A stretch of 64,000 nt of DNA from an uncultured delta proteobacterium (GCA_963761335.1 CAVXGR010000005.1:64001-128000); one strand, 5' to 3'; positions 29,921 to 43,303 are shown, counted from the first letter of the stretch. Numbers and translations are program-made. Notes: generated from the letters alone by a model not told the origin.

Positions 29921-30015
29921 GAAATGGCCCTGACCCATCCCCCCAATTCCGCGCTTGGCCTGACCCGCGCTTCGGTGTATGCAGCCGGCCTTGCTTGCGA
30001 GAGGACCGGCGGGCG

Positions 30016-30807
30016 ATGACGGTGCTGCTCAATGTCTTACGGGTGATTGCGGCCAGTGCCTGGACGGCGATCGTCGGCACGCCGCTCGTGGTGGCCGTCT
30101 ATACGCGCTACTGGTACGGCCTCCTGTGCGCCCGCCTGGGGCGCCACGACCTCCTCGACCGCGTCCTCGAAGGCAACGCGCATCTGGCGGGATGGGTGGC
30201 GCAACGCCTGTGGGCCTCGGTGCTGTTGGCCATCGTCGGCGTCCGCTTGCGCGTCCGCGAGCTGGCTCCCGTCGACTGGAGCCGACCGCACGTCGTCTGC
30301 GCCAACCACGCCAGCCTGTTCGACATCCTGGCGCTGATCCGCGTCGTGCCGCCGCCCTTCCGCTTCGTCGCCAAGCGCGAGCTCCTCAAGTGGCCGTTCG
30401 TCGGCTGGGCACTCCGCCCGTCCGGCCAGATCGTCGTCGATCGCGCCAACCACGCCAGCGCCGTGCGCAACATCACCGAGGCGGCGGTGCGCAAGATCCG
30501 CGGCCAGGTGATCTTCTTCGTCGAGGGAACGCGCACGCGGACCGGGCATCTGCTGCCGTTCAAGAAAGGCGCCTTCTACTTCGCCATCGATCGCCAGCTT
30601 CCGATTCTGCCCGCGGCAATCCGCGGCAGCTACTCGGTCCTGGCCAAGCTGCCGTGGTGGCGGCTGCGGCCCGGCCGGGAGATCGACATTCTCTTCGGGC
30701 GCGCCATCGCCCCGCCGCGCCTTCGCAACGGCGACACCTCGACCGCCGTCGAGGGACTCCTGCAAGCGACCCGTACCGAGATCGCCGCCGGCCTGTCGGC
30801 GGAGTAG
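30016..30807 (+). CDS. plsC: 1-acyl-sn-glycerol-3-phosphate acyltransferase (PlsC family)
   Basis: NHASLFD, FVAKREL, EGTR and PFKKGAF motifs. Confidence 0.88.
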   Translation: MTVLLNVLRVIAASAWTAIVGTPLVVAVYTRYWYGLLCARLGRHDLLDRVLEGNAHLAGWVAQRLWASVLLAIVGVRLRVRELAPVDWSRPHVVCANHASLFDILALIRVVPPPFRFVAKRELLKWPFVGWALRPSGQIVVDRANHASAVRNITEAAVRKIRGQVIFFVEGTRTRTGHLLPFKKGAFYFAIDRQLPILPAAIRGSYSVLAKLPWWRLRPGREIDILFGRAIAPPRLRNGDTSTAVEGLLQATRTEIAAGLSAE

Positions 30808-30885
30808 CCGTTGCCACGATCGTCGAGGTGCCCTTGCGGGGGTGCCTGCGGCCGACTACTTCCGCCGTCGAGGAGGAGAGGCGCG

Positions 30886-31536
30886 ATGAAGCTCTATCGA
30901 ATGGACTACAGCTGCTACGCCCGCAAGACGCAGATGGTGCTCGACCTGCTCGGCTGCCGCTACCAAGCTGTCGACATCACTTACGGCGATCGCTCGGAGC
31001 TGGCGTCGCTGACCGCCGATTACGTGCAGGTTCCGGTTCTCGTCGGCGACGACGGCGAGGTGACCGTCGACTCGCGCGCCATCTGCGCGAAGCTCTTGCA
31101 GGGCGAGGCGGCGACGGTGCTGGTGCCCAGCCCCTGGGAGGGACCGATCTGGGCCTACGCCGACTGGTGTGACGGGCCGCTCGAGGACGTGATGTTCCGC
31201 CTGGCGGCGCCGCTGCAGGTTCCCCGCTTGAAGAGCGCCTGGGAGCGCGCCCTCTACGTGTTCGTCAAGGAGCGCAAGTTCGGCCGCGGCTGTGTCGCCG
31301 AGTGGGGGCGAGAGCGTGACCAGCTGCAGGCCCGCGCTGTGGAGCTGCTGCGGCCGACCGCCGCGACGCTGCGCCGGCAGCCATTTCTCTTCGGCGCCGT
31401 GCCGACGCTCGCCGACGCGGCTCTCTACGGTCAGATGGTCATGCTCGAGGTGGTCGACGGCTCGTTTCCCGGCGCTCTCGACAGCGTCTTTCCGCCCTGG
31501 ATGCGCCGCTTGGAGGAGGCGGCGAGTCGCAGATAG
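30886..31536 (+). CDS. Glutathione S-transferase family protein
   Basis: SCYARK, QVPVL, DSRAI and PFLFG..PTLADAAL motifs. Confidence 0.85.
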   Translation: MKLYRMDYSCYARKTQMVLDLLGCRYQAVDITYGDRSELASLTADYVQVPVLVGDDGEVTVDSRAICAKLLQGEAATVLVPSPWEGPIWAYADWCDGPLEDVMFRLAAPLQVPRLKSAWERALYVFVKERKFGRGCVAEWGRERDQLQARAVELLRPTAATLRRQPFLFGAVPTLADAALYGQMVMLEVVDGSFPGALDSVFPPWMRRLEEAASRR

Positions 31537-31597
31537 AAGCCCGGTCTCATTCCCTCTGGCCGTGGCCAGCTCTGGGCTAGCCCGCTCATTCTCCATC

Positions 31598-31731
31598 CTC
31601 ATCCCCGGTTTTCGTCCCGTCGTTTTCCATTCGCTCTGATAGCCAGGAGCAATCCGCAGACGAGCGGTTTTGTCGGGCCGTTGCAGAACAATGGAAAACG
31701 ACGGGACGAGAACCGGGAATGAGAACCGGAA
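31598..31731 (+). repeat. Long-hairpin element, copy 3
   Basis: Same arms with a compensatory A-T to G-C change; lies between convergent genes. Confidence 0.9.
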
Positions 31732-31748
31732 ACGTTGCTTGATGGCTG

Positions 31749-33373
<1,625 letters not shown>

Positions 33374-33377
<4 letters not shown>

Positions 33378-34765
33378 TTCACCTCCCCGTCGTGCGATTC
33401 GGCCAGGCTGTGCCAGCCGCCGATCGCGTTCACCAGTCGGTCGGCCTCGGACGGTCCCCAGGAGCCCGGCTCGTAGTCGTGGAGCGGCGTGACGTCGCCG
33501 AGGATCGGGTCGACGATTGCCCAGGCGGCCTCGACCTCGTCCTGGCGCGCGAACAGGGTGGCGTCGCCGGTCATGGCGTCTCCCAGCAGCCGCTCGTAGG
33601 CCTCCATCTCGTCGCCGTGAGGATGGTGGACGACGCGCAGCTCGGTCGGCTCGCCGATCATGCGCTCACCGGGATGCTTGATGCGCGCCCCGATGCCGAT
33701 GGTGACCTCCGGGCTCAGCCGAAAGCGCACGTAGTTGCTCTCTCCCGGAGCGAGATGCGTCAGCGGCGGCCGCTTGAGCGTGACCATCACCTCGGTGGTG
33801 GTCATCGGTAGGCACTTGCCGGCGCGAATGAAGAACGGCACTCCCTCCCATCGCCACGAGTCGATGCACAGGCGCACGGCGGCGAAGGTCTCGACGTCGG
33901 AGCTCGCGGCCACGCCCGGCTCCTGGCGATAGCCGCGGAACTGGCCGCGCACCGTCGACTCCGGATCGAGGGGACGGATGGTGCGGAACACCTTGACCTG
34001 CTCGTCGCGGATCGATTCGTGGTAGGTGGTGGCGGGCGGCTCCATGGCGAGGAAGCTGACGACCTGCAGCATGTGGTTCTGAATCACGTCGCGGATCGCG
34101 CCGGTCTCGTCGTAGAAGCGCCCGCGCCCCTGCACCCCGAAGCTCTCCGCCATGGTGATCTGCACGCAATGCACGTAGTTGCGGTTCCAGATCGGCTCCA
34201 GAAAGATGTTGGCGAAGCGGAAGAGCAGGAGGTTCTGCACCGGCTCCTTGCCGAGGTAGTGGTCGATGCGAAAGATCGCCGACTCGTCGAACACCGAGTG
34301 CAGCGTCCGGTTCAGCTCGCGCGCCGATTCGAGATTGCGACCGAACGGCTTCTCGAGAATCACTCGCGCCTGCTGCGCGGCGCCCGATTGGGACAGGCCT
34401 TCGACCACGGTGGCGAACATGCTGGGCGGGATGGCGAGGTAGTGCGCCGGCCGCTCGGCGTCGCCGATCTCCTTGCGCAGCGCCTCATACGTTGCCGGGT
34501 CGCGGTAGTCGCCGTCCACGTAGCGAAGCCGATGGAGGAGGCTGGCCAGGGCGGCGTCGTCGGGCGGACAGCCGTGTTTCTCGATGCTGTCGCGCGCCCG
34601 ATCGCGCAGCTGGTCGAGCGTCCAGCCGGACTTGGCGACGCCGATCACCGGAACCGCGAGATGCCCGCGGCGGGCCATGGCGTGCAGCGCCGGAAAGATC
34701 TTTTTGTAGGCGAGGTCGCCGGTGGCCCCGAAGAAGACGAGCGCGTCGGAGTGGTCCGGGGTCAT
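33374..34765 (-). CDS. zwf: Glucose-6-phosphate 1-dehydrogenase
   Basis: GATGDLA, EKPFG and RIDHYLGKE motifs; start ATG 34765 overlaps the gnd stop. Confidence 0.97.
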
Positions 34766-35781
34766 TTCGCCGGGCTCTTCTCGCGGTGGCCGCCGAACTG
34801 GTAGCGCATGGCCGACAGCAGCCGGTCCTGGAAGTCGGCCTCGCCGCGCGAGCTGAAGCGCTCGAAGAGCGCCGCCGCCAGGACGTGCGCCGGCACGGCC
34901 TCCTCGATGGCCGCCTCCAAGGTCCAGCGTCCCTCGCCGGAGTCCGACACGCGCCCTTGGAACTTTGCCAGACCGGGGTCGCCGGTGAGGGCCGCGGCGG
35001 TGAGATCGAGAAGCCAGGAGGCGATGACGCTGCCGCGGCGCCACACCTCGGCGATGTCGGGGAGGTCGAGGTCGTACTGGTAGTACTGCGGGTCGCGCAG
35101 GGGCGTGGTCTCGGCGTCGGCGGTCTGCGCCCGCGCCCCGACGTTGGCGTGGCGGAGGATGTTGAAGCCCTCGGCGTACGCCGCCATCAGCCCGTACTCG
35201 ATGCCGTTGTGCACCATCTTCACGAAGTGCCCGGCGCCGTTGGGCCCGCAGTGCAGATACCCCTGCTCGGCGGTGCCGCCGCGCTTCTCGCGTCCGGGGG
35301 TGCGCTCGAGGGTGCCGGCCCCGGGCGCCAGGGCAGCGAAGAGGGGATCGAGGCGGCGGACCACCTCGGTCTCGCCGCCGATCATCAGGCAGTAGCCGCG
35401 CTCCAGCCCCCAGACGCCGCCGCTGGTGCCGCAGTCGACGTAGTGGATGCCGTGCGCCGACAGGCGCTTGGCGCGGTCGACGTCGTCCCGATAGTAGGAG
35501 TTGCCGCCGTCGATCACCGCGTCGCCTCTGTCGAGCAGCGGTACCAGCTGCTCGAGCGTCGAGTCGACCACCGCCGCCGGCACCATGAGCCAGACGGCCC
35601 GGGGTTTCTCCAGTCGCTGCACGAAGTCGCCGAGCGAGGAGCTGGCGACCGCACCCTCGCGAGCCATGGTCTGCACGGTGTCCTGGGAAACGTCGCGAAC
35701 CACGCACTGGTGTCCGCCGCGTATCAGTCGCCGCACCATGTTGGCGCCCATGCGCCCGAGACCGATCATTCCGACTTGCAT
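34762..35781 (-). CDS. gnd: Decarboxylating 6-phosphogluconate dehydrogenase (short form)
   Basis: [34 protein letters not shown] and FGGH motifs. Confidence 0.96.
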   Translation of the reverse strand: MQVGMIGLGRMGANMVRRLIRGGHQCVVRDVSQDTVQTMAREGAVASSSLGDFVQRLEKPRAVWLMVPAAVVDSTLEQLVPLLDRGDAVIDGGNSYYRDDVDRAKRLSAHGIHYVDCGTSGGVWGLERGYCLMIGGETEVVRRLDPLFAALAPGAGTLERTPGREKRGGTAEQGYLHCGPNGAGHFVKMVHNGIEYGLMAAYAEGFNILRHANVGARAQTADAETTPLRDPQYYQYDLDLPDIAEVWRRGSVIASWLLDLTAAALTGDPGLAKFQGRVSDSGEGRWTLEAAIEEAVPAHVLAAALFERFSSRGEADFQDRLLSAMRYQFGGHREKSPAK

Positions 35782-35995
35782 TCTCTCCTCCTTTCGCTGC
35801 CGTCCGTGCCGTGGGGCTCCGCCGACAACACGGCGCGGGTATGGGAGAGCCGGCGCTCACTGGCGCCGGGCTCGTAGAGCGCGACCTCTACGGATGAAGA
35901 GCCGCCGTTCAGGCAGAGGATGCGCACCCTAGAGATGATAGCGGCTCGTGTTGCGGCGTACTACACACGCACCACTTCTGCTATGCTCCGCCGCC

Positions 35996-37168
35996 ATGCA
36001 CGAGAACGCCCGCCGCCCCCGGCTGTCGCAGCGCACCGCACACCTGCGCGAGGCCAGTCTGCTGCGGGCGCTCACCGAGAAAGTCGCTGCCCACGCCGAC
36101 GGCATCAACCTGGGACAAGGGGTGTGTGATCTGGAAATGCCGGAGGCGCTGCGCGAGGCGGCGATCCGCTCGATCCGCGAGGATCGCGCCACCTACACGC
36201 CCTTCGGCGGCGTGCCCCGGCTGCGCGAGGCGATTGCGGCGCGCATGCGCCGGCGTCACGGGCTGGAGTACGCCGCCGGGCAGGTGGTGGTGACGGTCGG
36301 CGCCTCGGCGGCGCTCTTCTCGACGTTCATGACCCTGCTCGATCCCGGCGACGAGGTGGTTCTCTTCGAGCCGTTCTATCCCTATCACTACACCGGGGCG
36401 CGGCTCGCCGGAGCCCAGGTGATCACGGTGCCATGTGGCGCCGGCGCTGCCGTCGACTGGGATGCTCTCGCCCGCGCCCTCGGCCCGCGCACGCGGCTGG
36501 TGGTGGTCAACACCCCGGGGAATCCCCTCGGCAAGGTGTGGAGTGCGGCGGAGATCGATCGGCTCGCGGCGCTGCTCCAGGGAACGGAAGCGATCGTGAT
36601 GACCGACGAGATCTACGAGGATCTCGTCTACGACGGCCGCTGCCACCTGCCGCCGGCGTCCCATCCGGATCTCTATCCGCGCACGGTGACCATCTCCGGC
36701 CTCAGCAAGGCGTACTCGATCACCGGCTGGCGCCTCGGCTGGCTGGCGGCACCAGCGGCGCTCGCCGACGCCATTGGGCCGGTCTTCGACGTCATGTGCG
36801 TGTGTGCGCCGCGGCCGCTCCAGCACGGCGCCGCCGTCGCTCTCGAGGCGCTTCCGGAGAGCTACTACACGGAGATGCGCGACACCTACGAGCGGCGACG
36901 CGACCTCCTGGCGCAGGCCCTGCGCGACGCCGGATTCCGGCCGCGGGTGCCGCAGGGCGCGTACTACATGCTCGCCGATTACAGCGAGCGCTATGGCGCG
37001 ATGCCGACTCGCGAGGCGTGTTTTCGCCTGCTCGAGGAGCTGCACATCGCCGTCATCCCCGGGGAGATCTTCTATGCCGGGGAGGCGCCGCCGGTCATCC
37101 GCTTCCACTTCGCCGTCGAGGACCGCATTCTCGAGGAGGTAGCCCGCCGCCTGCGGCGCGGCCGCTGA
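35996..37168 (+). CDS. PLP-dependent aminotransferase class I/II
   Basis: INLGQG, NTPGNPLG, DEIYE and SKAYSITGWRLG motifs. Confidence 0.93.
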   Translation: MHENARRPRLSQRTAHLREASLLRALTEKVAAHADGINLGQGVCDLEMPEALREAAIRSIREDRATYTPFGGVPRLREAIAARMRRRHGLEYAAGQVVVTVGASAALFSTFMTLLDPGDEVVLFEPFYPYHYTGARLAGAQVITVPCGAGAAVDWDALARALGPRTRLVVVNTPGNPLGKVWSAAEIDRLAALLQGTEAIVMTDEIYEDLVYDGRCHLPPASHPDLYPRTVTISGLSKAYSITGWRLGWLAAPAALADAIGPVFDVMCVCAPRPLQHGAAVALEALPESYYTEMRDTYERRRDLLAQALRDAGFRPRVPQGAYYMLADYSERYGAMPTREACFRLLEELHIAVIPGEIFYAGEAPPVIRFHFAVEDRILEEVARRLRRGR

Positions 37169-37175
37169 GCTGCCC

Positions 37176-38546
37176 GTGTGGCGACGTTTCGGAGCCGACG
37201 AGGCGATGGCCTTGATGCTCGTCCCGCTGAGCGTCACCGTCGGCCGTTCCGGGAACCCGTGGCTCGACGCCGCTCTCTTCGCGTCGCTGGCACTCGGTGC
37301 CCTCTGGTCGGCGCCTGCGGGGGTCGCGGCGCTGGTGGCCGGCGCCATGCTCAGTCCTTTCATCATCCCCACCGGCACGAAGACCGATCTCAACTTCCCC
37401 TTTCTGCTCGGCGCCGTCCTCGGCGCCGGCTGGCTGGCGCGAGCGTTGTGGCGGCGCGATCGCCGCATCGCCTTCACTGCGGTTACCGTGGCCCTGCTCT
37501 GCACGGTGGGGGCCGCCGGGTTGGCGTTTGCGGCCGCGAATCTGCCCTGGCTGGGTGTCTCCGCGTACAACGCCCCCCTGATGGCGCAGCTCGGCGGCGT
37601 GGCGGTATTCGCCGTTTGCGCAGCCGTCTTCCTGAGCGCCGCCGAGGTGGCGCGCGATCCGGTATGGCTGCGGCGGGTCGCCTTTCTCTTTCTGATCCTG
37701 GGCGGCGCCTACATCGTCAGCCGGTTGGTTCCGGAGCTGTATGCCGGGGTGTCCGCATACGAGAGCGCCGCCAGCGGTAGCCTTTTCTGGACCTGGCTGG
37801 TGCCGCTCGCCGCGGGCCAGGCGGCTTTCAACGCGCGACTGAACCCCGGCTGGCGCCTGGCGCTGGCGTTCCTGGTGGTCATTACCTTCTTCGTCGCTCT
37901 GACGCAGAACCGCACCTGGTCCTCGGGTTGGGTCCCGCCGGCGGCGGCGCTGGCGGTGATGCTGTGCGTCGGGATGCCGCGAATCGGCATCGCCGCCGTG
38001 CTCGCGGTGGCGGTGGCGGTCGCCACTCAGTGGAGTCACTTCGAGGAATTCATGCTCGCCGGCGACAACGCCTACAGCCTGCGGACGCGCCAGGAGGCAT
38101 TCTCCATCGTCATGCAGATGGTGCGCGCTCACCCGGTGCTCGGCCTGGGGCCGGCGAACTACTATCACCACACGCCGCTGTTCCCGATCGAGGGCTGGTA
38201 CGTGAAGTTCAGCTCGCACGACAACTGGATGGACATCGCGGCGCAGACGGGCATCGTCGGCCTGGCGAGCTTCATCTCCTTCTTCGCGCTCATCGCCTAT
38301 CGCGGCTGGCGCACGGTGCGCGCCGCGGCGCCGGGGTTTCCGCGGGCCTACGCCTGCGCCGCCATGGGCGGCATCGCCGGCACCCTGGTGGCGGCGACGC
38401 TCGCCGACTGGGTGATTCCCTTCGTGTACAACATCGGCATCAACGGATTCCGCTCCAGCGTCTTCGGCTGGGTGTTTCTCGGCGGCCTCCTCGGGCTCTC
38501 TCTGGCGGTCCGGGAACAGTTCCGGGTCGTCGCTGCTGGGAACTGA
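37176..38546 (+). CDS. O-antigen ligase/Wzy_C family membrane protein
   Basis: Multi-TM; SLRTR, P.LGLGP.NY and SHDNWMDIAAQTGIVG motifs. Start uncertain. Confidence 0.8.
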   Translation: MWRRFGADEAMALMLVPLSVTVGRSGNPWLDAALFASLALGALWSAPAGVAALVAGAMLSPFIIPTGTKTDLNFPFLLGAVLGAGWLARALWRRDRRIAFTAVTVALLCTVGAAGLAFAAANLPWLGVSAYNAPLMAQLGGVAVFAVCAAVFLSAAEVARDPVWLRRVAFLFLILGGAYIVSRLVPELYAGVSAYESAASGSLFWTWLVPLAAGQAAFNARLNPGWRLALAFLVVITFFVALTQNRTWSSGWVPPAAALAVMLCVGMPRIGIAAVLAVAVAVATQWSHFEEFMLAGDNAYSLRTRQEAFSIVMQMVRAHPVLGLGPANYYHHTPLFPIEGWYVKFSSHDNWMDIAAQTGIVGLASFISFFALIAYRGWRTVRAAAPGFPRAYACAAMGGIAGTLVAATLADWVIPFVYNIGINGFRSSVFGWVFLGGLLGLSLAVREQFRVVAAGN

Positions 38547-38564
38547 ACCCAGAGGCGCCGCCGT

Positions 38565-40931
38565 TCAATCGCGCGGCCGCCACTTCCAGTTGCGGATCTC
38601 CGGCATGTCCTCGCCGTGCTTGTAGATGTACTCCTTGTGCTCGATGAGCTTGTCGCGCATTGCCTGCTTGGCGTAGGCGGCGCGACCGCCGAGCTGCGGC
38701 AGGCGGTCGACGACGTCGCCGACGAGGTGGAAGCGGTCGAGGTCGTTCATCACCGCCATGTCGAAGGGCGTGGTGATGGTGCCCTCTTCCTTGTAGCCGC
38801 GCACGTGGAGGTTCTTGTGGTTCGTGCGCCGGTAGGTGAGGCGGTGGATGAGCCATGGATAGCCGTGGTAGGCGAAGATGATCGGCTTGTTGCGGGTGAA
38901 GATGACGTCGAAGTCGTGATCGCTGAGGCCGTGCGGGTGCTCGCTCGGCGGCTGGAGCTTCATCAGATCGACGACGTTGACGACGCGAACCTTGAGCTCC
39001 GGCAGGTGCTCGCGCAGCATCTGGACCGCCGCCAGCGTCTCCAGGCTCGGCACGTCGCCGGCGCAGGCCATGACCACATCCGGCTCGAACCCCCGGTCGT
39101 TGCTGGCCCACTCCCAGATGCCGATGCCGGCGGTGCAGTGCTTCACCGCCGACTCCATGTCCAGCCACTGCGGTGCGGGGTGCTTGCCGGCGACGATGAC
39201 GTTGACGTAGTGGCGGCTGCGCAGGCAGTGGTCCGCCACCGACAGCAGGCAGTTGGCGTCCGGCGGCAGGTAGACCCGGATGATCTCAGCCTTCTTGTTG
39301 ACGACGTGGTCGATGAATCCCGGATCCTGATGCGTGAAGCCGTTTTGGTCCTGCCGCCACACGTGCGAGGCGAGCAGGATGTTGAGCGAGGCGATCGGCC
39401 GGCGCCAGGGGATGTGGCGGGTCACCTTCAGCCACTTGGCGTGCTGGTTGAACATCGAGTCGATGATGTGGATGAAGGCTTCGTAGCAGTTGAACAGGCC
39501 GTGGCGGCCGGTCAGCAGGTAGCCCTCGAGCCATCCCTCGCACTGGTGCTCGCTCAGCATCTCGAGGACGCGCCCGCTGGGTGCCAGGTAGTCGTCGGTC
39601 GGCAGGATGTCCTCCTCCCACTGCCGATTGGTCGCCTCGAAGACGCTGGTGAGCCGGTTCGACACCGTCTCGTCCGGCCCGAAGAGGCGGAAGTTCCTCG
39701 CCTCCTGGTTGAGCTTGATGACGTCGCGCAGGAAGCCGCCGAGGACGCGTGTATCCTCCGCCTCGACGCCGCCGGGGTTGGGAACCGCGACGGCGTAGTC
39801 GCGGAAATCAGGAATGCGCAGAGGGCGGAGGAGAACCCCGCCGTTGGCGTGCGGATTGGCCCCCATGCGCCGCTCACCGGCCGGCGCCAGCTCGGCGAGA
39901 TCATCGCGCAGGCGGCCGTCGCCGTCGAAGAGCTCCTCGGGCCGGTAGCTCCGCATCCAGCTCTGGAGCATCTGCAGGTGCTCCGGATGCTCGCTCGGCT
40001 GGGAGAGCGGTACCTGATGGGCGCGGAAGGTGCCCTCGACCTGCTTCCCGTCGACCACCTTGGGGCCGGTCCAGCCCTTGGGCGAGCGCAGCACGATCAT
40101 CGGCCAGCGCGGGCGCGCCGTGGCTCCGTCCTGCCGCGCCTCTTTCTGGATGCGCTTGATCTCGCCGATCACCTGGTCGAGCGTCGACGCCATCGCCCGG
40201 TGCATTGGCTCGGGCTCGTCCCCCTCGACGAAGTACGGGGTGTAGCCGCAGCCGACGAAGTACTGGGTCAGCTCGTCGTGGGTCAGGCGCGCCAGCACGG
40301 CGGGGTTGGCGATCTTGTAGCCGTTCAGATGCAGGATCGGCAGCACAGCGCCATCGTGTACGGGATCGAGGAACTTGTTCGACTGCCAGCTGGTCGCCAG
40401 CGGTCCGGTCTCCGCCTCGCCGTCGCCGACGACGGCGGCAACGATCAGCTCCGGGTTGTCGAACGCGGCGCCGAAGGCGTGCGAGAGGCTGTAGCCGAGC
40501 TCGCCGCCCTCGTGGATGGAGCCCGGCGTCTCCGGCGAGACATGGCTGGGAATGCCGCCGGGAAAGGAGAACTGCGTGAACAGCCGCTTCAGCCCCTCCT
40601 CGTCGCGGGAGATGTTCGGGTACAGCTCGCTGTAGGTTCCCTCCAGGTAGGTCTGGGCCACCAGCGCCGGCCCTCCGTGCCCGGGTCCGGCGATGTAGAT
40701 CATGCACAGGTCGTGTTCCTTGATCACGCGATTCAGGTGCACGTAGATGAAGTTCTGCCCCGGGGTCGTCCCCCAGTGACCGAGCAGGCGCGGCTTGACG
40801 TGCTCGAGCTTCAGCGGCTCGCGCAGCAGCGGGTTGTCCAACAGGTAGATCTGCCCCACCGATAGATAGTTCGCCGCCCTCCAGTAGGCGTCCATCTTCC
40901 GGAGGAGATCCTTTGAAGGTGTCTGTGACAT
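38565..40931 (-). CDS. xfp: Xylulose-5-P/fructose-6-P phosphoketolase
   Basis: [24 protein letters not shown] and [11 protein letters not shown] motifs. Confidence 0.97.
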   Translation of the reverse strand: MSQTPSKDLLRKMDAYWRAANYLSVGQIYLLDNPLLREPLKLEHVKPRLLGHWGTTPGQNFIYVHLNRVIKEHDLCMIYIAGPGHGGPALVAQTYLEGTYSELYPNISRDEEGLKRLFTQFSFPGGIPSHVSPETPGSIHEGGELGYSLSHAFGAAFDNPELIVAAVVGDGEAETGPLATSWQSNKFLDPVHDGAVLPILHLNGYKIANPAVLARLTHDELTQYFVGCGYTPYFVEGDEPEPMHRAMASTLDQVIGEIKRIQKEARQDGATARPRWPMIVLRSPKGWTGPKVVDGKQVEGTFRAHQVPLSQPSEHPEHLQMLQSWMRSYRPEELFDGDGRLRDDLAELAPAGERRMGANPHANGGVLLRPLRIPDFRDYAVAVPNPGGVEAEDTRVLGGFLRDVIKLNQEARNFRLFGPDETVSNRLTSVFEATNRQWEEDILPTDDYLAPSGRVLEMLSEHQCEGWLEGYLLTGRHGLFNCYEAFIHIIDSMFNQHAKWLKVTRHIPWRRPIASLNILLASHVWRQDQNGFTHQDPGFIDHVVNKKAEIIRVYLPPDANCLLSVADHCLRSRHYVNVIVAGKHPAPQWLDMESAVKHCTAGIGIWEWASNDRGFEPDVVMACAGDVPSLETLAAVQMLREHLPELKVRVVNVVDLMKLQPPSEHPHGLSDHDFDVIFTRNKPIIFAYHGYPWLIHRLTYRRTNHKNLHVRGYKEEGTITTPFDMAVMNDLDRFHLVGDVVDRLPQLGGRAAYAKQAMRDKLIEHKEYIYKHGEDMPEIRNWKWRPRD

Positions 40932-40997
40932 CGGTCCTCCTCTTCAGCGACGATCCTACACCTTTGAGGAGGACAGTGAAGTCGGCAAGGGCGGCCC

Positions 40998-41810
40998 TCA
41001 GCGGTCGTACATCGCCCGGGTCGTGCGGCTCATGATCTGCACCAGCGCCCGCCGCGGCAGGAGGCGGTGCATGACCGCGGCGGCCAGGCGATTGGTGCGG
41101 CCGGCAATGTGCGTCGGACCTCGACCGAGCGCGGCGAGGGCTTCGGCGACCGTCTCCTCGGGGCTCATCAGCGGCGGCGAGATGCGCCCGGTGGGGCGGG
41201 GCTTGGTGGCGAGAAAGGCGGGCGTGCTGGTGGCGCCCGGGCAGAAGGCGAGCACGTCGACGCCGCGTTCCCTGAGCTCCTCCCAGAGTGCCTCGCCGAG
41301 CACCAGGTCGAACGCCTTGGTGGCCGCGTAGGTTCCGACCATCGCATGCCCCTGAAAGCCGGAGAGCGAGGCGACCACGATGATGCCGCCGCGACCGCGC
41401 GCCGCCATCTGTCCGCCGAAGTGATCGCAGAGAACCAGCGGCCCGCGACAGTTGACGTCGAGCATGCGCAGCTTCTCCTCCACGGGGACGTCCAGGAAGC
41501 GTCCGACCACGGAGTGGGCAGCGTTGTAGACCAGCAGGCCGATCTCGAGGTCTGCGGTCTCAGCGGCGATTCGCTCGAGGCCGGCCGGGTCGGCCAGGTC
41601 GGCGAGCACGGCCCGCGTCTGCACCCGGTGCTCGGTGGCCAGCGCGCTCGCCAGGGTGGCGAGCGGCTCGGCGGCCTCGGCGACCAGCACCACGTTGAGC
41701 CCCTTCTGCGCCAGCTGGCGCGAGTACGCGGCGCCCATTCCCAGCGAGCCCCCCGCCACCAGAGCCCACGGCCCGTAGCGGGCAGCGAACGATCCCGACC
41801 TCTCGGACAT
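40998..41810 (-). CDS. SDR family oxidoreductase (17-beta-HSD/DltE-like)
   Basis: YGPWALVAGGSLGMG, VYNA and YAATK motifs. Confidence 0.9.
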   Translation of the reverse strand: MSERSGSFAARYGPWALVAGGSLGMGAAYSRQLAQKGLNVVLVAEAAEPLATLASALATEHRVQTRAVLADLADPAGLERIAAETADLEIGLLVYNAAHSVVGRFLDVPVEEKLRMLDVNCRGPLVLCDHFGGQMAARGRGGIIVVASLSGFQGHAMVGTYAATKAFDLVLGEALWEELRERGVDVLAFCPGATSTPAFLATKPRPTGRISPPLMSPEETVAEALAALGRGPTHIAGRTNRLAAAVMHRLLPRRALVQIMSRTTRAMYDR

Positions 41811-41918
41811 CTCCCACCTCCCGGGCCGCGATACTGCTCCGAAAACCGACCGGGTGGAAGGGAGGCAGCGCCTTCCGAACCGTCGCGGCGAACAGTGAGG
41901 AGAGGGCATCCCGGCGCA

Positions 41919-43106
41919 TCACTGTGGGTACTGCTGCGCCAGCGCCGCGATCTCTTCCGGCGTGAGAGAGCGGTCGTAGAGCCGAAAACGGCTGATGGCT
42001 CCGTCGAGACTGCGGCTCTCGGCGATGTAGTTGGAGCCGATGTGCAGGATGGTGTCGGGTTGCACCTGAAATCCGCCCTGGTAGTGGCGCGCTCCGATCA
42101 GCTGCCCGTCGATGTAGAGAGCGTTCTGCCCGTCTCCCCAGGTGGCTGTCACCAAGCGCCATTCGTCGGGCGCCCAGGAGTCGGTCTCGTAGCTCACGTT
42201 CGCCTCGTGACCGCTGTTGTCGGCGAACACCAGACGCACGTTGGGGCCGTCCTGCCAGATCTGCACGCGATCCTCGAAGCGGTAGTGGCTGCGGAGCTGC
42301 ACGAGAGACGCCAGGCCCGCGTCCGGAGCCACGCCGTCGGGCTGTACCCAGAAGGAGATGCTGCCGCCCTCGCCGCTGAGCGCTCCGCCCACGGCAAGGG
42401 CGAACTCGGAGTCGCTGGTGAAGCGCGCGGCGTTGCTGTCGACGGACACGCCGTTGTCGACCACCGGGTCGCCGAGGGTGCGCTCCTCGCCGGGGTCGAA
42501 CAGAGAAAGGATCGGGTCGTCGGCGCTGGGCGCCTGCTCGGGAGGCGCGGGCTGCGGCGCTTGCGGCGGCTCGGTGGCGTTGCCCGGGTCCTCCTGGCGA
42601 TGGTCGGCCGATGTCGTCTTGCCGATGCCGATGGCGCCCGCCGCGGGGTTCGGCTCAACCGAGGTGGGCGGCTCTTGGACGCCCAAGCTCACCGCGGCGT
42701 CGGGGCCGCCCAACAGGCTCTTGCGGGTGGAGGTCGCCGATCGCGTCGCCTCGACGGCGCCGCGGTGACCGGCGATGACGACCGGGGCCTCGTCTGTGGC
42801 GCCCTTCGCATTGCCGGCGCTGTCGTCGCCGCCGTCCGCAGAGCTGGCCTCATCCGACGGAACGCCATTTTCCGACTGCACTGCGGCACCGGCACGGCTC
42901 CCCGAGAAACCGGCGTCTCCGTCGGTGTTGGCGAGCGGCGAGCCGTACATTCCGCCGATGGGCCTGGACGACGGCAGCAGCCGGTGCCCGGGCGCGGAGG
43001 GGTGAGAGCCGCTCGGCCACAAGAGAAAGGCGAGCGCCAGGAGACTGAAGAAGCCGCCGAGGGCGGCGGTTTCGAGAGGCGGAAATGGCGACCGATGGCG
43101 CTTCAC
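41919..43106 (-). CDS. Membrane-anchored protein with low-complexity linker and C-terminal LamG/ConA domain
   Basis: N-terminal TM; SISFWV, W.LVTATW, LYIDG, IG and GAI.RFRLYDRSLTPEEI LamG_3 motifs. Start approximate (GTG). Confidence 0.75.
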   Translation of the reverse strand: MKRHRSPFPPLETAALGGFFSLLALAFLLWPSGSHPSAPGHRLLPSSRPIGGMYGSPLANTDGDAGFSGSRAGAAVQSENGVPSDEASSADGGDDSAGNAKGATDEAPVVIAGHRGAVEATRSATSTRKSLLGGPDAAVSLGVQEPPTSVEPNPAAGAIGIGKTTSADHRQEDPGNATEPPQAPQPAPPEQAPSADDPILSLFDPGEERTLGDPVVDNGVSVDSNAARFTSDSEFALAVGGALSGEGGSISFWVQPDGVAPDAGLASLVQLRSHYRFEDRVQIWQDGPNVRLVFADNSGHEANVSYETDSWAPDEWRLVTATWGDGQNALYIDGQLIGARHYQGGFQVQPDTILHIGSNYIAESRSLDGAISRFRLYDRSLTPEEIAALAQQYPQ

Positions 43107-43230
43107 GATCAGTGTGCGAACGCGATGCGATTCTAGCGTCAATTTGAATCGGCGCAACGGTGAAAATTGCCCAGCCGCCGGGCCAATGTAGAAGCGGCGT
43201 CCCGCCGCTTCGCGAAGCGCCGGGACGGAA

Positions 43231-43303
43231 GGGGACAGGCAACTTTTGCGGACGAGATGGCTGCCAGCGTGAAATTTCGAGGCGGCAAAAGTAGCCTGTC
43301 CCC
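43231..43303 (+). repeat. ~72-bp GGGGACAGGC palindromic element, copy 2
   Basis: Near-identical arms to 13814-13885. Confidence 0.9.
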
